Source of the DNA: Carcharhinus longimanus
Taxonomy: Eukaryota
Direction of reading: 5' to 3'
Length of the DNA: 64,000 nt
Assembly: GCA_030264375.1 (NCBI GenBank)
Contig: JASCQW010000072.1
Location: forward strand, 44,810,586-44,874,585
The notes beneath the pieces are model-generated. The model saw only the letters and a list, made by a program, of their open reading frames with translations, did no database searches and had not been told where the DNA came from. Each line of letters opens with the position of its first letter. Positions within the stretch are counted from its first letter, which is position 1. A program made the position numbers and the translations under genes. This document shows, one piece after another, positions 25,556 to 38,187 of this stretch.

Positions 25556-27349
25556 AAATTGAATGTGGAACTCAGAATGCGCATCTCCTTAAATTATTCC
25601 AATGCACTTTGAGGGGCTAACATTAAAACTAACAGAAAGACATTTGGCCACCATTTCATATTTTAAAGGGCAGGAAGCAGCAAACACAATGGCCTGGAAA
25701 TTCCTGAATGTGCATAATTCGTAGGGAAGCAGCATAATGGGAGTGCTCACGTTGTCTGCATTCCAATTGAGTTTTGAGATTGTGTACATTGCCTATTTTA
25801 CGTGAGCTGCCTAGGCAACATTCTGATTAGCTCACAGTTAGTTAAAATGGTGCCAGAATTAATTGAACTGAATTATTATTATTGCTGCAGGAGGTAAGAA
25901 TGTTTTCCTTTTACATTGGATGTTTCTCACTCAAACTAACGGTCAGGTTCACTGGAGCCTATATCTGAGAGAAATTGAGAGAAGGCTGCTTTCTTTGCAC
26001 TGAAGGACCAGGATGAATTGGGTTTGCAAGTCTAGCAGCAGCAGGTTAGTAAGGTACCAACACACAAAGACCCTTATGATGGAAGATACATGAAGAAAGA
26101 TGTTGAGGCAACATGGTAAATTTCTTTCTGTACTAAATAGCTTCCCTGCACGAATTCTCACAAAGTAAAGCATTTTCTTATAACCTATTGTTCTTTTACT
26201 GCTGTTTTATCCAAAGAACTCTGGCCTTAGGCCTGCAAGAGCAGTCTGCCAGTTAAGCCAACAACTCACAGAATCCAGTGTCAATCTCTAAGACTGTCAT
26301 AGGTATTAAGACCATAGGTAAATCCACTCCATGGGTCTGGATGTGGACAGTAATCTTTAAGAATCAGTGCCACACTGTTCAGAAGANNNNNNNNNNNNNN
26401 NNNNNNNNNNNNNNNNNNNNNNNNNNNNNNNNNNNNNNNNNNNNNNNNNNNNNNNNNNNNNNNNNNNNNNNNNNNNNNNNNNNNNNAAGAGAGGCAACAA
26501 GTGGTAGGGAGAATCAAAAACCAGCTAAGTACTTTGAGATCCATTCCACATAGGACCCAGATATAAGAGGAGACTGTATTTTGAGGAGGGTTAACTACTG
26601 GAGTCAGTTATGTCTGTCCCAAGAGCGTGAGAGAGTCTACTAATGACATCTGTCTCCTATGTTATTGAAGCTTCTTTGCACACAGGAGTGCTTAACATGT
26701 GCAGCAGAGCTACCACCACCACCAAATTGGCTGATACTCTTGATCCCCTTCTCCAGTGTGGGATGAAACAAAATATTTAAGTGTCGTGGTCCTCTTGATT
26801 GCCACTGAGAATGTTGCTCCTAAAGTGCAGGTTGGCTGCAAGTCTCCATGAAGCAGATTGCAAAGCTGTAGACCTGTGTCTTGGGTAAACCATTGTCTAC
26901 GAAGGCAGTTAGACTCTGTTGTTATCAGTTGTGCTGGTGCCCATAGATAAAGTTGGTTTTAAATTGTAAAGTGCAATCATTGAAGAATCATCCATTCTTC
27001 AATCCTCTTTAATCTTTTTGAATTAAATTTTATATCTCACAGTGTAGGCGGACCTATACCAGTTGAACTGCAGCAAGAAATTGTGATGAAGGTGGATAGA
27101 GAAGATAAGGAGAAACTGTTCCCACTCGTAAAAGAATCGAGGTTTGTGGTAACAAAGTGAAATGAACAATGTAGCTTGGAAAGTCCTGCTTACGACACAT
27201 TGACAGGCCTTTGATAGTTATTTGGAATGGGCAAGTTGAATGCATTGCACTTGTGGTGGAGGAAACCAGAAAGGTCACAGACTCCTTCATTGTGCAGCAG
27301 TCAGAATGGGATTTGAGCAGTGAATGCAGCCCTGTGTATATGTGGAAGA

Positions 27350-27597
27350 CATGATGTGGGAATGCCGGCGTTGGACTGGCGTAAACACAGTAAAAAGTCT
27401 GACAACACCAGGTTTTAGTCCAANNNNNNNNNNNNNNNNNNNNNNNNNNNNNNNNNNNNNNNNNNNNNNNNNNNNNNNNNNNNNNNNNNNNNNNNNNNNN
27501 NNNNNNNNNNNNNNNNNNNNNNNAGTCCCCTCGAAAGCTTGTGAGTATTATCAAATAAATCGGTTGGACTAAAACCTGGTGTTGTCAGACTTTTTAC
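27350..27597 (+). mobile_element. Penelope-like element with 35-bp perfect inverted repeat and 13-bp target-site duplication; centre in gap
   Basis: agtaaaaagtctgacaacaccaggttttagtccaa is the reverse complement of ttggactaaaacctggtgttgtcagactttttact. TSD tatatgtggaaga at 27337-27349 and 27598-27610. Confidence 0.75.
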
Positions 27598-28124
27598 TAT
27601 ATGTGGAAGAGCCAGGTATTTAAACTTTTAGCACAAGTGTGTTAAGGCTATGCATTTTCTATCCCTTGAACACACACTTCCCATTGACCAAAGCACTTTT
27701 TATTCACAGGGATTTCCAGAAAATATTATAAATGTTCATCATCAAAGGCTTGGTTCTATTTCAAGGCTTCCCCATAAATGAATTGCTTGAAGTTGCACTC
27801 TACTCCTTTGTGGCCATACCATCATACAAACAGAAATCTGTTAGGTTTGGTTAACAGTGGCAGGTTACAGATAGTGCATGATCCCATGTACAATGGAACA
27901 TGAAAGGCTAAACCTAAATTCAGAGAACTCCACCCCACTATCATTATCCTTTATTTCTCGTTTACAGTTAGTACTTCTCTACCAGATTTATTTCATCTGA
28001 GCCCTACTACATGTGGCCACCACCAATTGAAAGGAAAAGATGTTCTGGGTCTCAAATGGATTTGCTTCTGAGAGATTCTTCCATCCTTTGTCCATCTTTG
28101 TCATCTGTGATGAAGATATTGTTG

Positions 28125-28910
28125 AACTTCGAATGGCCATAGACATGTTAGTGAATTGGGTGGTTGAGAGGCAGATGAAGTTCAATGTAGAGAAGTGTGA
28201 GGTGGTTCATTTTGGCAGGAAGAATATGGAGAGTCATATAAAATAATGGGAGAAATTCTACAGGAGGTTCAAAAACAGAAGGACTTCAGTGTAATTATAC
28301 ATAAGTCACTGAAGATGGCAGGGCATGTTGAGAGAGTAGTTAATAAAGTATATAATATCTTTAGGCTTAGGCTTTATTAATAGGGCACCGAGTACAAAAG
28401 GAAGGAGATAATGATGAATTTGCACAAGACACTAGTTAGGCCTCACCTGAAGTATGCATCCAGTTCTAGATGCCATACTTGAGGAAGGATGTGAGGGCAC
28501 TGGAAAGAGTACAGAGGAAAATGATTCCAGAGATAAAGCATTGTGGCAATGAGGAGAGACAGATTTCCATAGACAAAAGATGGCTGAGAGAAGACTTGGA
28601 GATACTCAAGAAAGCATCAAGAACCAAAGGGCACAGATTCAAAATAATTGTCAAAAGGAGAAAAAGTGATGTGAGGAAATGTTTTTTTTCACTCAGAAGA
28701 TGGTTTGAGTCAGAAGCAAGCTTCCTGAGAGGGTGGTGGAGGCAAATTAGATCAAGGTATTCAAAAAGGAATTATACTGCTACCTGAAAAGAGAGAATGT
28801 GCAAGGTTACAGAGATAAGGCAAGGGAGTGGGATTAGGCCACTAACTCTTGCAGAGAGCCATTTCAGACCTAATGGGCTGAATGGCCTCTTTCTGAACTG
28901 TTAAGATTTT
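28125..28910 (+). mobile_element. CR1 LINE 3' fragment (RT C-terminus and tail)
   Basis: WVVERQMKFNVEKCEVVHFGRKN and PYLRKDVRALERVQR motifs with frameshifts. Confidence 0.85.
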
Positions 28911-29914
28911 GTGTTTCATTGTCTGAGACAAGACATTCTGCTGATGATCTATTTAATTCCTTCATTCAGATTTGGAGAATCTTATCAAAATCAAATCTAA
29001 CATTGCAGTGTCTTGGTTCCTCTTCAGATGGCAGGGTAGGCACTTCAGTCACCTACCCTTCTGTCACTGCAACTGTTTGACTGGCCAAAGGAAGGCATGC
29101 ATGTATTGGAGGGGTGAGAAAGATCAAAAAAAGCCTCCTCAACTGACAAAGGTCATTTCAAATTGAGGAATCTGGGTTTCAGGCAGTGGAAAGGATTTGT
29201 GATGGTAACTGAATGGCTTAACCTGTGCATTACTGAGAAACATCACCCACCATCAGCATTGTTCACAGCCTGAAATGAAGCAGCAGCAGCAGCAACAGAC
29301 TATTCAGCACCTCACACCTTTCAATTAGATCACAGAACTCCTGGATCACAACTTCATTTACTTGCGCTGGCTCTGAATCTCTTCATTCACCTTTGCCTAA
29401 CAAAAATTTATCAATCTCAACCTTGAAAGCTACAGTGGTCCCAGCATCCCCCCACCTTTTGGAGGAAAAAATGCTTCCCAATTTCCCTTCTTAATGACCT
29501 AATTCTAATCTTAAGATTATATCGCCCTCACTTTTAATTCCTGCGCCGGATAAACAGTTTTTCCTGTATCAAGTTCCCTATCAAGTTCTTTCAACAACAC
29601 CTCAATCAGATCTGTCTTTCAAATACAAGGGAAATTAATTTCCAAAGGAAGTGCTTGTAAAGTTGAATCATCATTAACAAAGCGTGCTCGGCATTACTGT
29701 TTCTGACAGGTTTGAATCCATAAGATAGGTTAAACAAATATTGTCTCATTAAAATATCTAGCTTCAGTTATATAATGATCATTAACCTTCTGACAGTGTA
29801 AGAAATCTGTCTCCATTTATACTTCTGAAGACTATAATAGAATCTCTGCAAATCTCACATAACTGTAATTCTCCAGTTTACGGTATTTTGTGAATATTTC
29901 TTAACCCTTTGAGA

Positions 29915-30355
29915 ACATAAGAAATAGAAGCTGGAGACTATACGATAGCCTGAAATATACTTTGTGTTGGAGGATCCAATACCCTCTGGGTGAGACACTT
30001 TGAAAGATTCCGATCCTTTGAGTGAAGAAGTTGCTTTCTTGTTTCATCACTAATAATTGACCTCTTAACCTGAACCTCCATGCTCTAGATTCCCCAGCCA
30101 AGAGAAACAAGCTCTCTACTCTGTCAAGCCCTTTCAGAAACTTTAAATGTTTCAATGAGACCACCTCTCACTCTTCTGAACTCCAGAAAATATAGGCCTA
30201 ATTTGCTCTGCATCTCATCATAGTACATAGAACTCTCTCATTCCAGCAGCCTACCTAATGAACCTTTGCTTTCCTGTATCCAATGCAAGTCCTTTCTTAG
30301 ATATGGAGATGAAAACAGTGCATAGTACTCCTGGTGTGCTCTCACCAAAGCCCTA
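29915..30355 (-). mobile_element. CR1 LINE 3' fragment
   Basis: Minus-strand FLKGLDRVESLFLLAGESR...NFFTQRI. Confidence 0.75.
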
Positions 30356-33300
30356 TAATTCAAAGATTATGGAATGTAAACTGGTTTTCTCTGCTTGTGA
30401 CATGCCCGCTCATTTTTAATTCCATCAGCGGATGCTTATTTACCAAGCTCTTGCCAACGATACTGTCTAACTGGGTACCTAGAGACACTCAAATCTCCAC
30501 GTCACTTAGTTGAGTTTCCTTCTCCTTAGTAAGGGACTCATTTCACCTCTAAGCTTGGAACCTGTGATGACCGTTCAGTTATTCGAGGATTGCAATTTCT
30601 AACTACTAATGCATTAATTAATTTTCACTTCAGTGCTCTATACAACATTCTTTCCAGTAAATGGATATCAAAAGATGGTCACGATAATCTTCAAGACAGT
30701 TCAGAGATATAGTAAGATAGATTCAAACTAAAAATTACAGATTACCACACAATAGGATTAACATATACTGGCATGCATTAGATAACACAGACATCCCAAG
30801 CACATCCACCTAGCCCACAGTCTATCTATTGTGATGCTTCAATTTAACAATCCAAGTACAAGCACTCTACCAATGTAATAAAGGTCAAGTGACAAGGCTG
30901 AATTAACTTAAACTGTCAGAAAAAATGCTTCTTTTCCATATTAAGAAATGACATTCCAACTATGAACTGTAATGTTTCATCGGAAGTATAGCAAGAACTC
31001 GATTCTAGCTGAGTGCCCAAGAGACATCCAAAAATTAACTGACCTGCGGTTTACAGGCAGTATTGGAGAAAATGTTAGTACTACATTTCAGGACTAATGT
31101 AACACTCAATTTGACGATTTGTAGATTTTTTTTTAAAGCTATGGTTTTTTGATATAGATAAATAGCATCTTAAAAATGACTGTAGAACAGTGCAAACGAT
31201 CCATTAAATCTGGCCTATTTGTTTTTCTTTTTGATACAATGTGCATTTTGCAACATTTTCTGTTTTATCTTAAATTTCTACTAATGATCAGGATCTATTT
31301 TTTGTGCCTATTCCTCATCTCTTCATTGTTGTTATAAATCTTCTATGTTTCTGGACGCATCATCTATGTCTTTGTAGGCTATTGCGTTGGATGAATCGCG
31401 GAGCAGGCTTGAAGGGCCAAATGGCCTCCTGCCATGTTCTATGTTTCTATGTTAAAGTTGTGAGCCATAATGTGCTTCTTGTAGATTCCCACTAATTGTT
31501 TATCTGTTATTTGGCAAAGAATGTGATGCGTTGTTCGTGATTATGTAGAGAATGCCATGTTTTGAAAAGGTTAAATCAGGGAGTGCAGCTTTGCAGAGCT
31601 CCACTCTGAGCTAGATTGGGCATGAGTATGAAAATTGGAACATGTAGTATTAGAATCTTGTTGCAGTCTCATCCTCGTGAGGCCCCAGGAAGGTAGCCTT
31701 GTCTCACCTTGCAAAATTAAGTCTTAAAGCAAAGAAAATTCATTCTGGTGATTGAAGACCTACCTGTACAATGATTTGGAATGGCAATTGGCTTTGTTCA
31801 TTCTAAGTGCTCTTTTTCATGGTAATCTTTATGGGCTATATTTTGCTTTTTGGCAAAAGGTATTTCACATTCACCTCTATTTTTCATTAAAATGACCGAC
31901 GGCATATCTTTAGCCTCTTCTTAATGGTTTGAGTACTGATTAATCTAATATTACTCATGCTTTGAGATGTTTGGCCATGTGTCATTTCCCTACATAAGGG
32001 CAAGTGTTGCTTCTTTCTATATCTTATTGTAAATACTCCCTATTGCTCTTTATACCAGCATTTTCAGTTCTCAGGCTTTTCGCATAACTATTTCAAGGCA
32101 ATGAGAGCAGCCTACAGAAAGAGTGCATCAATCCCGCCACTAAAATGTCATAAAAAAACCATTAGTGTGAGCTATGAAATAAGTATTGACCTCGGTTCTA
32201 AACTGTGATATGAGTAATGCTATATTCCCAAAGGCACATTCTAGAGAGGGTGTTACATACCTGACACTAATCTCTGTTTTAGCATTATTAGCTACAGGTT
32301 TAAAATACAATTATCTCTGCGCATTGCCAGCTTGTTAATGTTAATCTTTTAAAAAAAATGCCTAGTCCCAAGAAATATCACTTCACGGAAGGCTGTGTTG
32401 GTGGAGTCCCCTTTGAGCTGATTCTTGTACACCAGAGGGGGCAAAAAAGAGTTCATGTTAAAACAAATGGATTATAAGAGATCTCCCTAGGGTTTTGTTA
32501 TGATAAATAAAACTGTAGAAACAGCCTTGGCACCTGCCTTGCAGAAGAAAATTGGCTTTCTGCCAAAAAAATGGGATATGAAGAAAGGCATCGGGTGCAG
32601 AATAAACGTATCTCTGACATGCAGAAGCCACACTAATCAACTGCACTACACACCAACTACACCATTAAAGTCTGCCAGACACATGAAAGAAGCAATTACA
32701 GTACTTGTGTTCTGTTTAGGAATGCCACTTTGCTTCAGATCGGATACACTCATCTGCTTTTTGGCTGGCAGACACTGCCATGGAGGCTGTTTAGACTTGG
32801 GTGACTGCACTGTGATATTCAGGCACAGAAGATGGGTTTTTAATATATAGATATATAAAAGAACAAGGGAGAGAGAACAAACAATAACCATGTAATAGAA
32901 TAATGAAGAGGCTGATGCAAAGGCAAGCAATGAGGCATAAACACACAGTATCTTAAAAAGAATGCACTTCGCTGAGCTGCACCAAGGCGATTGGCTCCAG
33001 GCATCCTCAGCAGTTCAATTAACAGCCCCCACAATATAATGGACTATTGGTAAAAGGGCACTTTGAACAACTATATTAATGGAAATCTAAGTCTCAACAT
33101 AGCTGTTCAATTATTGTGAATACTTCAGATGCAAGCATGGACAAAATAATGAAAAAGCACTTAAATGTGCAAATGGATGACCCGCACAGAACAACAGGCG
33201 AGCTAGAGCACATTACAAGGCTGCAACACAATTCAAAGGGTGCAGCTGAAATGATAAACTGGAGACTGCAAGGCTCAAGTGGTTGATGCAAGTGATCAAC

Positions 33301-34297
33301 CTTGGAATAAATACAAAGGTAACATTACTTTTCAATATAACTCAATACAAGACTGTAACATGGTTCACGTGGTATAGCACTCCTGCTGTCTGGGCTCCGA
33401 GACACATTTGAGGCACCTGTCAATGGGTGAATATTTCTCAACATATTTCATATCTTACCTTGTGATAGGAACAGGATTACAGATGCTTTAAAGTGAGAAT
33501 ATATTTCATTCTAATTATTAGATTGTATGACATCCTTGTAATATTGGCTGTGCCTTGACTATTGTGAAATATTGGTGCTGGGAAATTGCCCAAAAGGTGT
33601 CTGTGGATGATGGTGTTTGGACTTCATTACTGACCTTTAGACTTCGGAATAGTTTTAATTGCCATTTTTGTTTCTGGAGCCATTTTATATGTAGAAAATG
33701 GCTTTATACAGAGAAAATGCTATTTTCTGGGAGGAATTTCTGTTTGAAGTTCAAATTGTGGGCACTTTGTCCTGGAAAATGAAGTGTGGTATAAGAGATT
33801 TTACAGCCTTGGGCATATCAAATTTCAAGGCAGTGTGAGGGAATAATGTTTTCCAGTTTGTAGCATGCTGTGCTCATGAACAAGATTTGGAAAAAAAAGA
33901 TGAAGTAATAAAGCAGAAGAATTCTAGAGTGCATTCAGCAGGATCAATTAGAGTCCATTATAGAGATTGTTTTAGCACTATGTGTTGGAGTTCCAATCAA
34001 CCTCAGACATGTATTTCATTCACAGGATCTTCGACATGATGAATTCTTTCATTCAGCAGGGAATTTTGGGGAGGGAGGAGAAAAGAGAGTCAGGGCCAGT
34101 CTCAAACACCACCTACAGGCCATTATCAACAGAAAAGAGCTAAGGCTGAGACCCTTTTGGGATAGTTCAACAATGCAGAGAAACCTAAAGAGAAGTAAAT
34201 ACAGATCTTTCTTGGAGGGATAAAAATGGTTAGAATTGTTGCAAAAGGATCAAATCAAATACAAAACATGGCAGAAAAACACGCACTTAAAGACAAA

Positions 34298-36543
34298 GGG
34301 CAGAATTCTCTCACTTTGAGATTAAGTGCATTGGCAGGTGGCTCTAGATAACTGTACCACTTAGTGGAATCACGCACCAGATTCACTGCTTGGAACCTCA
34401 TTAATCAGGTGTTTCCACTGTGGGCCAGCAGCTGATCCATCTGCCCGCCCTCAGCTGGCAAGTTCAAAGGATCCTGGCACCAAATTTAAATATCATTCCA
34501 GGACACTCGTATCACTCTCTCCAGCCCACCTGTCTTCAGTCCCTCTACATGTGCCTGCACCAACTCCAGCAGTGCAAGGTGCTGAGGCTGCTTCTGCCTC
34601 TGAGCAGGAGACCCTTATGAGGCCAAGCCCCTTCAGGGTTTGGGCCACCAAAGGATGTCCACCAAGGTTATCACATGCTTGAGGACATAGCAGTCAGCAG
34701 GCTAACCCCATCCCTGCTGCAAATGTTGGGGATACATCAAGGCATAGTAGTAGGGCTAGGAAAGTTAAAATGTCTTGATGCTACCTCAGGGTCACAGATG
34801 CTCTAGCATTGTGAATAAATTGCACTTCTTGAAAACCATTCCATGGGTATGAGAATGCGATGGTCAGATGAAAGTATTTTGGGTTTGGATCTTTGCAATC
34901 CTTTCATTTTGAGGTTAAAACTTTCACAAGTGTCCCCTTTTATGATTAATATTCATGTGGTGCCAACCTCAGTGCCACTTGGTACCGTACCCTTGTGTTG
35001 TCACACACACACACACACGCACTATGATGGGTGAGAACTTGTGATTTACATCATTGAACCAATGTGGCTATGAACTCCACTCACTGACCTGGCATAACTA
35101 TGAGCTTTGCTTTGCTTCTGGTGAATGAATGGAATCTGGCCACTGACGAATGGCATTTATTGTGAACCCTTGATTCCCCCTTCACTGATGGCATGGCAGA
35201 ATTAATGCTCTCAAGCACCCCCCTCCAACTCCCACTCCCTGAGTACATCACCACGCTTCACATGGATCTGTATCTCCCCCCCACATCTGGAAGCTGTGTG
35301 CACTGTCATAAACAGAGGCATGCCTGTCATCCTTTCCATTTCACAGCAGGAATGTCTGCATTCTGTGACTCCTGTCTGCTAGCTGCGAAACTGAAATGGG
35401 ATTCTTGACATTGTTCCCGTTTCCAAAGGGGACAATGGACAACAGTGGCCTTCACATTTCACTGCGGCTGCGACCTGTTTCATGTTCATGTGAACCATCC
35501 CTAATGTGGCACACAACGGGCTCCATCCCATAATTAGCAGCCTGCGTGCATCTCCTTCCAGTAATACATGTGCCACTCCTTAGACCCACTTGTTTGTCTG
35601 TGTTATGCAGCCTTGTCAGGGTCCAGCTTCCCTCCCCTCAGTCTTCCCTCTGTCTTCAATCTCTTCATCCACCTCATTAGCCCTCTGCCTGCCTTTGTGA
35701 GCCTTTTTCCTTGCCACATCCAACTCCTGCACAGTCTTCTTTCAACATTATCCCCCCTTTGACTGCGTCTGCCCACACCCAACCTGCCCTCACCTTGCAC
35801 CTCATAGAATCTGGTTTAACTTCCGACTTTTGTCGCATTTNNNNNNNNNNNNNNNNNNNNNNNNNNNNNNNNNNNNNNNNNNNNNNNNNNNNNNNNNNNN
35901 NNNNNNNNNNNNNNNNNNNNNNNNNNNNNNNNNNNNNNNNAACTTCCGACTTTTGTCGCATTTGCTGCATGAATTCCACAGCACAGTGTTGTCCAGAGAG
36001 ACAATGATGTTTGGCACCAGCAGTAGGGGAAGGAAACCCCTGTACTCCCCAACCCCAGGTGCAGTATGGATCTGATTTGGTGACATGGTTGGGTCCATGG
36101 GCCCAGCAGCACGGTGCTGCTATGAAGACTAGCTTGGCATGGAGATGGAGGGAGAAACTGGTCAGCCCCAGCAGAGTGATGAACAGCACATCAGGACTTA
36201 TGCAGCACGGTGGCAGGCTGAGTGTGCATGTTGCTCTCACCTCAAAGTTTCTGCTGAACTGAGGACTGTCTCGTGCGTGCTAGCCTTTATCAATCGGGTG
36301 TGACATTGATGTGAGTTCTTGCTGGCTTGACGCAAGATTTTAAGGTTTGACTGAATTCTGGTAGGCAGCTGTTTTAATGAGCATTCGTGAGATGTGAATG
36401 AATATTAATGGCGTTCACACCACCAGCCAGCAGGTCGAGTGGCCCGCCATTAGAAGTATAATTATTCCGGTGGGTTTCTGACTTTTTGGCTCTGTATCAT
36501 CCCACTACCAAACCCGCTGTGATGGGCTGGAAGAATTCCATCC
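34298..36543. mobile_element. About 2.2-kb degenerate PIF/Harbinger-like DNA transposon
   Basis: Ends gggcagaattct / agaattccatcc form an imperfect TIR with AAA on both sides. GC-richer interior with no intact ORF. Confidence 0.45.
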
Positions 36544-38187
36544 AAATTTTCAGTCCAATTGGTTATATTATTTACATTTTATCCATTTGCACAAACCAAA
36601 CAGCTGGTTAAATGCATCATTAGTTCTGACTGAACTGTTGCTAATGGCAGTGGAATTCTCCAGTCAATTTCATAGGTTCGAGCACACATTTGAAAAGTCC
36701 TCCGTAACCTGGATTTGCATTGAATTACTGTGAGACTTTGAGGCACATTCTTTCAATTTAATAAACACTGGAAGATGACAGGCAGGAAAATGTGGTTTCT
36801 GATTGTCGATCCTACAATGGAACTTCAGTCTGCTTTCACATACCCTATAGTCTATTGATCAGTTTTCACAGAAAAGACATAAGGATAAATTTAGTTTTAA
36901 CTTGTGATTTCCCTCTCTCCCACAACTCCACCCCATTCCCCATTCCTCCACCTCAAGAAACGCTCTGAGATGGTAGTGCATTACACTAATAAGGTATTTG
37001 TCTAAACTGTCTTACGAAAGGCATAAGTCTAATCATGAAGCCCCTGTCCCTCTAACGTCAGACTTTTGTGACTGCCTACAGCCAGGGGTTCCTCAGTTAT
37101 CTGCTATGGATAATATTTACCAGTCTTAAGGGACTTCATACATAACTATCGATACCTTTCAAAAGTGTGGTCAATGATATGCTAGTACAGTGTGCTGAAT
37201 AGAATAAGACAGCTAGCCCTGCCATACCACTGATAATAATGGGCACTGCTTTTGGTTCATAATCTACATAAACCCATCATCACCTCACTCCTCTCTGGCA
37301 TCAAGGCCTATTTCCCTATGAGTGGGCAATCTGTTCAATTCTTTTTTCAATGGTTCAGCTGAGTTGCCATTTATTGTTGGGTTGACACTTAACCAGTCCA
37401 AGATGAAATCATAGAGTAGTTACAGCGCAGGAAGAGGTCATTCAGCTCTTCAAGTTCACACTGTCACTCTAAGAACAATTCAACTAGTTCCACTTCCCTT
37501 TTCCTGTGATCTTGCATTACTGTTCATTTTCCTACTAAAGGCATAAAGGGGGAAAAATTCATTTGTGTGGCACACCACAGATTCACATTGATTTCCCGAG
37601 GACAGGCGCTACCATGGGCTGCTACCTTTGTGGCTTTTGAGGCTTTCTTCATGTGTGTTGTGCAGGGAGCACCTGTCTTGGTAAATCAATTAAAGTCTGG
37701 TTTGTTAAATAGCCCACTACATTGTCTTTCACAGACAATGTTATCCTCATTCCTCTGCTCCCCTCCTTCCACAACTCTTCATTCTCTTCCATCTGCAACC
37801 CTTTCCAATTCTCCTGGAAGCTCCTCAGCACCCATGTCCCTGCCTCCAGTGAGAGGCTGCAGACCCAACTATTTCCAGCAATTTCCATTTATATTGATTT
37901 ATCAGATCAGATTACATAATACTGAACAAGTCAGGTCATAGAATGAAACCTGTCTTGATAAATTCTAACTTTTTTTTGGAAGCCGTGAAGGTCAATTACT
38001 GAATGCGTTCACAAGTGTCTTCTAGCATATTTTTAACACAAAGAATAAAATTTTTATTAAACAAGAAAAGTGAACTAAATTACACTAGGTGAGAAGGTTA
38101 GTATAACTATATTACACTAGGTGAATGAGAAGGTTTCAGTACAAAGACCAGAAAATGATTCAAATGCACACTGTTTATTTATCTCAC

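Noticed and set aside
31764-31802. 39-nt AG...GT segment on the CADPS2 strand
   Set aside because: In-frame TGA in the required phase and a poor pyrimidine tract.
35818-35963. Repeat aacttccgacttttgtcgcattt on both sides of a gap, and long ORFs crossing it
   Set aside because: Contig overlap artefact. The ORFs are inflated by Ns.
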